A stretch of 64,000 nucleotides of DNA from a virus. Taxonomy: Duplodnaviria; Caudoviricetes. How positions within the stretch are numbered: the first letter of the stretch is position 1; the number at the start of each line of letters is the position of its first letter. The notes under the pieces are model-generated. The model was not told the origin of the DNA and made no database searches. It saw only the letters and a program-made list of their open reading frames with translations. Shown here in pieces: positions 38,893 to 48,461 of this stretch. The DNA lies in the IMG/VR virus record IMGVR_UViG_3300032007_000017. The stretch is one strand, 5' to 3'. Position numbers and translations under genes: made by a program.

Positions 38893-41423
38893 TTAGAATT
38901 TAGGTACAGAAGTCTTACCAACAGCATCAGGAAGTTTGAGTGTTAAATTATAGATTGCTTGATAAGCTTCATTACCACAGTTACGAATCGGAGTTCCTCC
39001 CATACCAATAAGATTAAAGTTCTGATTCATAACATGCTCGAGTTCCTCATTAGCCTCATCTGTGTATATTGGTTTCACGGTAATCGTATCGCCATCGTAA
39101 TCTAGATTAGTAAATAGTATTTACGGTAAGATAAATATTATTTTTTTTTACTTAAGTTCGCAATTCTTAAGCGCTTTCGCTTCTCATACTTTCGTATGAG
39201 TATAGATCATATGTTCACCCTTCTCTTTCGAGTTAGGGGCAGGATTTTTCTTCTGCCGTAAGCTTGCAGTTCTACTCTCCCGTCAGGAGATGATCGTTGA
39301 ACCTTCACCATTTTACAGGCGAGTGGCTGCTGAATTCCCATTTGCGATACCTGAGTTTTAGGATTTAACCATGACCCATCCTAATTACTTTTTTCTACTT
39401 TCGTAACCATCACGCTTGCCTTTTCAAGCTACGTTGTGGTGAATTAGGCTTTAGGGATTGCCAGCAATTAACCCTGGAAACTTACTCATTACTGAATAAG
39501 CTGAGATTACCATTAGGCTACTCCATTAAGGCCATCGAGATACAAATTACAGATATTAGCCGAGTCTACAAACATATTGGATGTATTGTTTCCAATATCA
39601 TCCTGGCGTATATATGGATAATTCTTATAGAACTTTCCATCTATTACCATAGGCTCTGTTTTATTGGTAGAGTTTACATGGATTCCAATAGGAAATTGAT
39701 TGTAGATAGAATCTCAATTGTGTTCAACTAGGGTCGCTAATCCTAGCCCGCTTTATTCAAGCTGCACTATGTCACCATAGTAGTTCAGACTATATCACCA
39801 TCTCAGAGAGATGTTCCGCATTTCGACCCGCTTGGGCCTACGTCATAAAGACTAGTCGTTGAGCCTTCCTAGCACATCCTTTTACTCTAGGCTTGGTTGC
39901 TGATTGTCTCATTTTGAGAGTTTCCAGCAATTAACGGAATTTTCTTAATAGATCGCTCTATTAAGCCACGAATTCATGGGATATCTACATATAATAGCTT
40001 TACGACCTTCAGCAGCTTCTACAGTTGCAATATAGATCAGGTCACACCATGTAAACCAACGTTCAACAATAGGCATATTGCCTACACCAGATTCGTATTC
40101 TTCTTTAGTTACATTGAATCCTTTAAAATGAAGGTAGATCTTTCTACCATCAACAGTTTCAACTTCAATAGGAAGTAATCTGGTCGAATAACCATTGCAG
40201 AAACGGTTAAGTTCTTTACGCAATCTCTCTTCAGAAAATTGCATTTGATAGTCTTTAATATAGACTATCTCTTCTTTTCCTGTCTTGGGATCAATACAAG
40301 GAACTCCTTTATTTCCAGAGAAAGCGTTTTCAAAATACCTCTTCATATGGAAGATGACAAAAGGAGTAAAGTTTGCTGCTGCTGATGCAAGAGGAATGGC
40401 AGCATAATCCAAGTCAGCCTGCATGTCTTCGATCTTTTCAACCTTCAATTCAGGGGCTGACATAACAAGACGAGAAGCATAGTCGGTGGTCTTAGACATA
40501 ACAGAACGTCTAAGAACACCAAGCTTACCAGGAACATTAGGTCCTGTAGTAGTACCATTAATAGTAGTACCATTTCCAAAATAGTCAAAGATCTGAACAA
40601 TCGACATTTGAATACGACCACGAGTAGCTCCAGCCATATCCAATCCATAGTCAGTAGATTCTTTAAGAGCTTTAGTAGCGAGAATCAGATTACGATAGAG
40701 TTGATTAATCTCTCCGATAGAGATTCTGCCACCCTTAGATGTATCCACATCTCGTAATGCAGCAGGAATAACAACTATCTTTCTAATCCATGCACCAGGA
40801 TCTCGTTTACAAGCATTGATAAAATCAACGTCTTGATCTCTACGGATTGATGCTGTTCTTGCTACATTGATTTTCTCAAAGTTATCCTTTAAGAACTTCA
40901 ATCCAGTCTTACCGTGTTCAGGATCTTCTACCAATACTCCATTATCAGTAATGGAGAAATATTTCGTTTCATTAACACAAGCAGGAATCTTCTTATCAAG
41001 CTTAGACCATACTTTATAGAGTTCTGGACTCATAAACCACTCATGAAGATCAATATAAGCACAAGTGTTCATACGATCATACATAGTGATTCCAAAGATC
41101 TCATTGGATAATAGTCCATCTGAGGTAGGAATATTATTTCTAGAGAAAGTGATTGGATTGGTAATGGGCTTTAAATCATTAACCGAAACCAATCTATCTA
41201 CATCTAGAAGATTCACTCTCAGATGCTTAGGTCTCACTTGATTTCCATCTTCATACAGAAAGTTTTCAATCAAGAATCTCATGAAACCTTCTGCTTTATC
41301 TGCACTTTTTACTTTAGTAGGAGTATTATACCTGTCATCATAGTTTTCATGCTTGGCAAATAATTCAGGATCTTCATTTCCTAAATATCCACCATTTCTA
41401 ATACTATATGGTAAAATACCCAT
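38893..41423 (-). CDS. rpoC: phage RNA polymerase beta-prime N-terminal subunit; exons 41423-39976, 39714-39521, 39101-38893 (616 aa spliced)
   Basis: DGLLSNEIFG and GKLGVLRRSVMSKTTDYASRLV; splicing restores RYPI-DS and the catalytic NG-DYDGD in frame. Confidence 0.9.
39102..39520 (-). ncRNA. group I intron 2 (419 nt, no ORF)
   Basis: P AAUUGCUGGCAA, Q UUCAGCAGCC, R UCAACGAUCA, S CAUAUGAUCU; P3 CAGGGUU/AAUCCUG; GNRA-capped P2 and P9; terminal G. Confidence 0.88.
39715..39975 (-). ncRNA. group I intron 1 (261 nt, no ORF)
   Basis: P AAUUGCUGGAAA, Q AAUCAGCAACC, R UCAACGACUA, S GAUAUAGUCU; P1 CCAU/GUGG with U.G wobble; terminal G. Confidence 0.93.
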
Positions 41424-41441
41424 AAAATCACCTACCTTTAT

Positions 41442-41453
41442 TAGTGAAATGTT
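41442..41453 (-). promoter_or_regulatory. late promoter of the RNAP subunit gene
   Basis: AACA-tttcac-TA; suggests this is a virion RNAP subunit. Confidence 0.7.
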
Positions 41454-41495
41454 GACGGTATCAAAAGAGAGCCTCCGAAGAGGCTCTCTTTTCTC

Positions 41496-41834
41496 TTATT
41501 GCTTCTTAATGGATACTGAGACGATACGCTGATCACAAACTGACGTGATATTATAGTTCATACCATATGCCTTATAGGTTATGCCATTAATATAACTATT
41601 CAGTCTGTTTGCAGCAGTCTTATTCTTTGCTTTCACTTCAAAGCCAGTAGATCCATTATGTGTAGTAGAGATACTGTAGTTTGGGTTCCCACCAATAATT
41701 CTATACAGCACCATCAGTTTCCCGAAATTGTGTGTATAGTCATTTGTAGGATCTCCCATGTCTACTCCACACATGAAAGCAGGAACTCCGGAATATAACA
41801 CCAAACCGAAACCCTCCTTATGATAATTCATCAA
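41496..41834 (-). CDS. hypothetical protein
   Basis: 112 aa at the end of the baseplate operon. Confidence 0.7.
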   Translation of the reverse strand: MMNYHKEGFGLVLYSGVPAFMCGVDMGDPTNDYTHNFGKLMVLYRIIGGNPNYSISTTHNGSTGFEVKAKNKTAANRLNSYINGITYKAYGMNYNITSVCDQRIVSVSIKKQ

Positions 41835-42099
41835 ATATTTCTTCCATGCCAGACATCTTTAAATCAGCTGCTCTGGCTTGTGCATCAGAAATTTGAGGGG
41901 ATTCAGATTGATTCTGTTTCATTGGAATGGGAGAGGATTTAGGACGACCTCTCTGTACCGCAGCATTTTTTCTCGATATCCTAGCTTCCTCTTCTGCTTT
42001 TGCTTTCTCTTCTGCTTCTCTCTTCTCTTGCTCTTCTTTCTGAGCTTGAGAAATCTCAAAAGCATTACGATATAATTCGTGAAGTAAGTTAAGAGGCAT
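41818..42099 (-). CDS. tail-assembly-chaperone C-terminal ORF, probably reached by -1 frameshift
   Basis: No RBS before the ATG; frame open upstream into the end of 42159-44648. Confidence 0.55.
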   Translation of the reverse strand: MPLNLLHELYRNAFEISQAQKEEQEKREAEEKAKAEEEARISRKNAAVQRGRPKSSPIPMKQNQSESPQISDAQARAADLKMSGMEEIFDELS

Positions 42100-42158
42100 A
42101 TCGTAAAGATTTGTAGGATCGATTCGACGGTAAACTGTACAGATTGTATCTATATAGT

Positions 42159-44648
42159 TTATAATGCCGCGATAGCTCCAGTTTGGTGTCGCCGAAAAAG
42201 GATCTGCTGAGCTGTGACATCTTCAGCTTCGATCTTAGCACCACACTTGGGACATTCAGTAGCAGGAATCTGATAAGTCATATCCTCGCTTGTCTGGAAG
42301 AGTTCAGCAATTCTTGTCCTAAGCTCGAAATAGTTATCAGAAGGCAGGGTCTGAATAATATCCGAAAGAATTGTAATCTTCTTCGCAGTACTCTTTGCAG
42401 GATTGGACTTATCATAACCGAAATCAATCGGCTTAAGCTTCATAGACTCCTCATCGATCATATAGATAGAATCGATGAAAGACATCGTATCAAGAAGGTC
42501 TTCATACTTCTCAAGGAATTCCTCAGACAGAGAGGCAGTTTCCATTACCATATTCCAGATGGAAGGATCTTTCAGTCCAACCACATACTGATCAGAGATC
42601 TGATGTAGTTCAACTTCATATCCAGCAATGGAGAAGTCTCCACTCTCGAAGATCTTACGAATACGTGCCTTAGCCTCTTCGCTAGCATACTTAACCATGT
42701 CGGTATCGAAGTCATAATCCTGGAGCCAGATGTGGTGGCATTCAGGGCACTCATAGTGGACATAGTTAGAGCCGGCGAATGTAGCCTTATGAATAGCAGC
42801 ATAGATATGATCGATATCAGAGAATCGAGTTACCTTAAGCCACTCATCAAAGGTATTCGGCTTAGGAGAAGTAATATGACGATAAATAATACCATAGATC
42901 TGTCTAAAGGTATTAATACGATTCTTGGTGCTGTTCTGAGGATTCATCGAGAAAAGCTCAGGACCATTGACTCCACGAACAGAGATACCCTTACCTGCAT
43001 TAGGAAGAACATGATCTGCAGTATTTACATCTTTGATGGAGAAACCAGCAACCTGAGAAGCACTAATAGGAGTATCATCGATTGTGAAGTTAGACAGATC
43101 AAGACGCTTCATCACCTTGATATTTGCCTTAACTGCACTCTTCATATCCTCAAGAATCTCTTCATCAGTACGAACCTGTGCATCTTCACCAAGTTCGAGC
43201 TCAAGATCATTCTTGATATTGCTGATATTGATAGCACCTTCCTTAGCAGCTTCTCCCTCATAAGAACTCTCAATCACGAGCTTCTTCTTAGGAGTTTCAA
43301 CAGGAGCAGGTTCAACTTCAACCTTATGCTCTTCTGTATGAGCTTTATTAGGAATTACAAAAGTCTTATTGATTGACTCTTCTTCAGGTTCTTTGGAATC
43401 TGTCTCTTCGTTAGCAAGTTCTTTCAAAGCTGTAGCTTCATCGTTCTTTACAGCATTATCAAACTCATCGGGCTGTTCAGTTACAGCTTCAGTATTGGTT
43501 TCAGGAGTATTCAACTTAACTCCCCCCTTGCTTGCTAATTCGATGGCTTTCTGTGCAGTCGGCATATCAGAAGGAAGCTTCAGCACACGAATGTCATCGT
43601 TAAAATCAAGGTATTCATACAGATAACCTCTATGGAAGAAGTTATTATAAACACCTTCTACCGTATCATTAGGTTCAAGAACATGGATACCTGCAATATT
43701 CTCGATATTGACTTCGAGAATACCAACAAATCCATTTTTCTTTGCAACTAAGAACGGATGAACTGCGACTTCATTGGTAGCATTATTATGCATTACAATA
43801 GCCCACAGTTCTGCATATACATTTTGCTGCTCCAAGAATTTACGAGCATGGAGACAGCGATCGAAATAGTCAGCAGCAGTAACTTTGTTCTTGACATAGT
43901 TATATGCCTCAAGACAACTGTTTACAAACTGCTGCTCATTCTGAGATTTATCAACAGAAGCAACTTTTCCGCCGATCTTGATTGTCTTTTTAATAGACTC
44001 TTCATTATCGTCTTTCTGCTCACCATTGATCTGTCTTTCGCGTTCTGCATCGAGTTCTGCATCAGACTCAGGATGCGCTACTGTCTTACCTTCAGCCTTT
44101 GCTTCAACGAACTCTTCATACTGTTTCGCTGTAAGAGCATCTACTCGTTCAGTAATACTCTCAAGCTCAGCATCTACTCCCAGTTCAAGATCGTTAAGAG
44201 CATCTTGCTCATCAAGATTAATAGTCTTATCAACCTTCTTGGGAAGGGATGCAGGATTGAAGGATTCCATACTACCCATATCTGCAGAAGGTACGAAATT
44301 ATTCATAACCTTCAGAGGAGTAGGATCAGGAACTTCTTCTTTGGGTTTGTATCCTCCATGAATTACCGGAGTAGCCTGAGCAGGTCTACCAGGATTAATA
44401 GGAGTACGTGCAGTTGATCTAACCTCATCTAATGATTGGATATTGCTATCACTATATTGAGGTTTAAAGGTAGGAGGAGTATCGAAGATAGGATCATACG
44501 CCTGTTCAGCTTGCTGCTGTCTTACCTGCTTCGCCTCTGCAGGACTGACATACTGACCTTGACGTTGAACTTTGCCCTTCGTTACATCAATCTTTTCGCT
44601 AGATGTGGTTTGCATTTGAATGATTTGCTTAGGATCAAAGTCAGGCAT
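42159..44648 (-). CDS. baseplate hub/tail assembly protein (T4 gp26/gp51-like C-terminal domain)
   Basis: YECPECHH ... CPKCGA pair in the C-terminal domain; adjacent to the gp25-like gene. Confidence 0.6.
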   Translation of the reverse strand: MPDFDPKQIIQMQTTSSEKIDVTKGKVQRQGQYVSPAEAKQVRQQQAEQAYDPIFDTPPTFKPQYSDSNIQSLDEVRSTARTPINPGRPAQATPVIHGGYKPKEEVPDPTPLKVMNNFVPSADMGSMESFNPASLPKKVDKTINLDEQDALNDLELGVDAELESITERVDALTAKQYEEFVEAKAEGKTVAHPESDAELDAERERQINGEQKDDNEESIKKTIKIGGKVASVDKSQNEQQFVNSCLEAYNYVKNKVTAADYFDRCLHARKFLEQQNVYAELWAIVMHNNATNEVAVHPFLVAKKNGFVGILEVNIENIAGIHVLEPNDTVEGVYNNFFHRGYLYEYLDFNDDIRVLKLPSDMPTAQKAIELASKGGVKLNTPETNTEAVTEQPDEFDNAVKNDEATALKELANEETDSKEPEEESINKTFVIPNKAHTEEHKVEVEPAPVETPKKKLVIESSYEGEAAKEGAINISNIKNDLELELGEDAQVRTDEEILEDMKSAVKANIKVMKRLDLSNFTIDDTPISASQVAGFSIKDVNTADHVLPNAGKGISVRGVNGPELFSMNPQNSTKNRINTFRQIYGIIYRHITSPKPNTFDEWLKVTRFSDIDHIYAAIHKATFAGSNYVHYECPECHHIWLQDYDFDTDMVKYASEEAKARIRKIFESGDFSIAGYEVELHQISDQYVVGLKDPSIWNMVMETASLSEEFLEKYEDLLDTMSFIDSIYMIDEESMKLKPIDFGYDKSNPAKSTAKKITILSDIIQTLPSDNYFELRTRIAELFQTSEDMTYQIPATECPKCGAKIEAEDVTAQQILFRRHQTGAIAAL

Positions 44649-44666
44649 GTTGGACCTCCTTTTTGA

Positions 44667-45056
44667 TTACAAATCTGCTATAGCTTTGTAATCTGTTTTG
44701 TAAGAATTAGATTGAGTGTCATAAAAGATCGCAAATATGATACCATTTATCGTAATAGCGATGTAGTATGAGTTGTCCTTAATCGAGACATCCACATCTA
44801 CACCGGTAAGAAACGGTAAATATTTATCAATTTGCGTCTTGATACGAGAGGCTAATTCAGAAGATAATCCACCATCATCTACTCTAAATCGATAATTTGA
44901 AACAAGTCCTACTCCCATATCTGGATGAGATTGGAAGGTGCCAGGTTCCAATAATACCAATCTAGAGAGGAGAAGCATAATACCTTCTGCACCCTCGTAT
45001 ACTTTCGGATTATTGAATTCATCGATAGATAAAGAATATTCAGCAATTCCAGCCAT
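44667..45056 (-). CDS. baseplate wedge protein (gp25-like)
   Basis: EPGTFQSHPDMGVGL ... IDKYLP; promoter AACT-N6-TA at 45088-45099. Confidence 0.7.
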   Translation of the reverse strand: MAGIAEYSLSIDEFNNPKVYEGAEGIMLLLSRLVLLEPGTFQSHPDMGVGLVSNYRFRVDDGGLSSELASRIKTQIDKYLPFLTGVDVDVSIKDNSYYIAITINGIIFAIFYDTQSNSYKTDYKAIADL

Positions 45057-45157
45057 AGAAAGTCCTCCTCTCTTAACTAGAATAACTTAATATACAGTTT
45101 AAGATCTACAAAATAACTCATATATGAAATAAAAAGAAGAGGGAAACCCTCTTCTTT

Positions 45158-45862
45158 TTATTGTTTATAACGATCTTTCCTATAAGGATAAGATTCGTCA
45201 AAAGATTTCAGATCATTAGGAGTCATATAACCAAGCTCAATAGCTCTGATGATATCCTCACGTCTTCTAACGAAACGTTTAGGAGGTTCTTTTCCAGCAG
45301 CTATAGCTTCTTGCTTTCTTTCTTCTTTAATCATATTCCAAAATTCTTTAATGACTTTAGCCTGTTCGGTTTTATTGAGTTCATTAAAAGGAATATTGGA
45401 TTTATCAGATGATTTATTTTCTTCTTTGGATTTATGATATCTTTCTTTTTCCATTGCGGATTTTACACGCTTAGCCAGTAATTCACTTTCTTTCTTTTGC
45501 TTTTCAAGCAATTTCTTGCGTTCATCAGTAATTTTACTAGGAGGAACTTGTTTACCTTTGCTTTTATAATAAGTTGGATTAGGAGTTAAGTCTTCATCAG
45601 GAAGACAATACACTATTCCAGCATTTTTACTATTTATAGAAAACGATACAAGATGATCGCAATTATTACATAAATCAGAAGTATATTTATAAGGGCATTC
45701 TACAGCTCTAATATCTGGCCTATCAGCACCAAAATGATTAGTTAATGATACATATACCCCATTACAACGATGTGATAAAACATCAACGCCAGCTTTCTTT
45801 CTAGCCTCATTGACTTCTGCGTTGATTTTAAGTTTAGCGGTTTTGATTTGGTCTTTATTCAT
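45158..45862 (-). CDS. basic Cys-containing hypothetical protein
   Basis: Start MNKD after GAGGTG; CP..CxxC cluster; promoter 45889-45900. Confidence 0.65.
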   Translation of the reverse strand: MNKDQIKTAKLKINAEVNEARKKAGVDVLSHRCNGVYVSLTNHFGADRPDIRAVECPYKYTSDLCNNCDHLVSFSINSKNAGIVYCLPDEDLTPNPTYYKSKGKQVPPSKITDERKKLLEKQKKESELLAKRVKSAMEKERYHKSKEENKSSDKSNIPFNELNKTEQAKVIKEFWNMIKEERKQEAIAAGKEPPKRFVRRREDIIRAIELGYMTPNDLKSFDESYPYRKDRYKQ

Positions 45863-45964
45863 GATTAAACACCTCATCTTTACAAGATTACTCAAATGTT
45901 GAGGCCCCTGTAGAATACAGCACCCGGAACATCTCAATAATTATCGTACAAGGAGGTTATTTCC

Positions 45965-48457
45965 TTGAAATACAAAGTCAAAAAATATAAGAGCACCAGA
46001 AAGTATAGGTGCCCTTTCTGTAGGTTGACTGCAACCAGAGGAGATCTAGCTGCTCATGTTGAAAAAGAGCATGAGGATATGATCCCTGAAGGTTATAATG
46101 GAACAAGAGTAGTCTATGACTACATCAATAAGAAGAATTATGGAACTTGTTTGATCTGTAAGCAGCCTGTATATGAATGGGATGATAACGTTGCTAGATA
46201 TAAGAATATCTGCAATAGACCTGAATGTATGGAAGCTCTTAAGAAGAAAGCTCAGGGAAATCATTTTGATGATCCTGAAGTTCAGAAGAAGATGCTTGCT
46301 GCTAGAAAGATCTCTGGTTCTTATAAGTTTAGAGATGGTACTGTTCATTCTTATGTCGGAACCTATGAGTTGAGATGCTATGAATTCATGGATAGTATTG
46401 GTATTCAGGGTAAAGATATTATGTCTCCTGGTCCTACTATCTATTATGAATATAAGGGAGAAACTCATCCTTGGATTCTTGACTGGATGTATATTCCTGC
46501 TATGCTCTGCTGTGATGTCAAGGATGGTGGATCAAATCCTAATAATCGTCCTATGCTAGAGTATAGAGAAAAGCAGCTTGCTAAAGAAGCCGCTATTGAA
46601 AAGAATGGTCAGTATAACTACATTCGTTTGACCGATAATAACTTTGGTCAACTCTTATCTGCTCTTGCTGATATCAGATATGGCACGATCAATCATGATC
46701 CTATCAATCATATCTATATCAATGAATCTACTGTTCTTACAGAGAGAAATTTGATTGATGAGGAAGACATTTATTATAATAAAGATAAATGGGATAAGGG
46801 AGAAATCAATCTTTGTTTTATTACTGGGCTTGGTGGTTCCGGTAAATCTACTATGGCAAATGATATTAAAGCAGAGACATATTCTCTTGATGATTTGTAT
46901 GATGTACCAGATTATACCGATAAAGATATGAAAAATCATGGAGATATGTTTTATTCATTCTTCACAGGTGCTGGAAAGAAATATAGAATTCCGTATAAAC
47001 TTGAAGATTGGAATAGTTGGGGTCCTAAGAATGGATTCAAGGGAGACATCGGAGAATGTTATTATAAACCTCTGATAAAAACTTTTGTAAATTATGCTAA
47101 GGCTTATGCTAGTTCTCATAAATCTAAAAGATTTGTGATAGAAGGTATAGCATTATATACCTATATAGAACCTGCTGAGCTTAGAGATTATGCTGTATTT
47201 ATTAAAGGAACTTCCGCAGCTAAATCATTTATCAGAAGTTTAAAAAGAGATGTTAAAAATACCGAAGGACTTAAAGGAAAAATATCATTTACTTCACAAA
47301 AAATCAAAAATGCTAAGTTCTATTTAAAAGATGAAAAAATAATCGATAAATGGAGAAATTACTATAGAGGTATTAAAAATGAAGCATATCTTACGGAGGC
47401 CCAGAAGATCATTAAAGGAACTCTAAAAGACATGCAGAAGATTACTGATACTCTTACAGGTAATGATGAGGGTAAAGGTAATAAGTTGAAAGAGCAGAAA
47501 GAAACTATCTACCGTGATATTCAGTATGCTTCTAAAGATCATGGTGGATGGGTTGAAATGTACAGTTCAAAAGATTCTACCAAAGACTGTCAGATTGCTA
47601 GTATTGCTATTGATGTAGATCCTGAAGCTAGAGGTACTGGTTTGAGTGATAGACTTATCAATGGCGCTAAAGCTAGTATGAAGAAGCTTGGTATAGATCG
47701 TATTGAGTGGTACTGTAAGAAGACCAATATAGGTTCCTATAAACTTGCTAAGCGTTGTGGGTTTAAAGAAGAGCCTAAGCTTTGTAATAAGGAATGGTAT
47801 ACTCTCTATTATGGAAAAGAAGTTAAACTTGAAGTATCTGGAGGTATGCCTTCTGCTCATGCTCATGCAGATTATATCATTCCTAGAATGATGTCTGGTA
47901 TTGAGTTTGATGGTAGAACTGAACCGGCATATTATTTTGGTAACACTGGTTCTGAATATCTCGTCAGTTTTGATCCTGAGATGAATCCTATGTTTGATGA
48001 GAAGCAAAAGAAGCTCATTCAACTCTCATCTTGCTCTAGGATAGTCTGTCCTGGTAATAAACTGACTACGTTTACTGAGAAGCAATTAAGAGAAATGGGA
48101 GAACAAGGTCTTCTTGAAGCTCTTATTGGACATGAATTCAATGGATGGAGAAGTCTGTTTACTGAAGGAATTGTCAAAGTCTCAGAAGATATTGATAATG
48201 ATTTTGCTAGAATTCTTGTAGTGAATGGCCTTGTACAAGGAGTACGTCAGGCATTCTCTGAAGCTTTTGAAGTTCAGCAAGGAATTATCGATACAAAAGG
48301 AAGTGTTACAATTCATCGCGATAATGATGGATTCTTTGCTACCACTCCAGAAGATTTCTTTTTAACCTCTAATCATTATGAGACTGTAGATGAGCTTATG
48401 GATGTGGTTGATCTTATGAATTCCATGTATGATCATAAGCAATTAGGAAAGGTGTGA
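45965..48457 (+). CDS. multidomain late protein: Zn fingers + PD-(D/E)xK-like nuclease + P-loop kinase + GNAT
   Basis: CPFC..H...H, CLIC..C, YE..LD..CDVK, GLGGSGKS, VDPEARGTGLS..NIGSYKLAKRCGF; promoter 45928-45939. Confidence 0.7.
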   Translation: MKYKVKKYKSTRKYRCPFCRLTATRGDLAAHVEKEHEDMIPEGYNGTRVVYDYINKKNYGTCLICKQPVYEWDDNVARYKNICNRPECMEALKKKAQGNHFDDPEVQKKMLAARKISGSYKFRDGTVHSYVGTYELRCYEFMDSIGIQGKDIMSPGPTIYYEYKGETHPWILDWMYIPAMLCCDVKDGGSNPNNRPMLEYREKQLAKEAAIEKNGQYNYIRLTDNNFGQLLSALADIRYGTINHDPINHIYINESTVLTERNLIDEEDIYYNKDKWDKGEINLCFITGLGGSGKSTMANDIKAETYSLDDLYDVPDYTDKDMKNHGDMFYSFFTGAGKKYRIPYKLEDWNSWGPKNGFKGDIGECYYKPLIKTFVNYAKAYASSHKSKRFVIEGIALYTYIEPAELRDYAVFIKGTSAAKSFIRSLKRDVKNTEGLKGKISFTSQKIKNAKFYLKDEKIIDKWRNYYRGIKNEAYLTEAQKIIKGTLKDMQKITDTLTGNDEGKGNKLKEQKETIYRDIQYASKDHGGWVEMYSSKDSTKDCQIASIAIDVDPEARGTGLSDRLINGAKASMKKLGIDRIEWYCKKTNIGSYKLAKRCGFKEEPKLCNKEWYTLYYGKEVKLEVSGGMPSAHAHADYIIPRMMSGIEFDGRTEPAYYFGNTGSEYLVSFDPEMNPMFDEKQKKLIQLSSCSRIVCPGNKLTTFTEKQLREMGEQGLLEALIGHEFNGWRSLFTEGIVKVSEDIDNDFARILVVNGLVQGVRQAFSEAFEVQQGIIDTKGSVTIHRDNDGFFATTPEDFFLTSNHYETVDELMDVVDLMNSMYDHKQLGKV

Positions 48458-48461
48458 TATT

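Noticed and set aside
39102-39520. Group II intron, or a pseudogenised RNAP gene
   Set aside because: Clear group I P/Q/R/S core, no GUGYG start or domain V; splicing restores the frame and catalytic motif.
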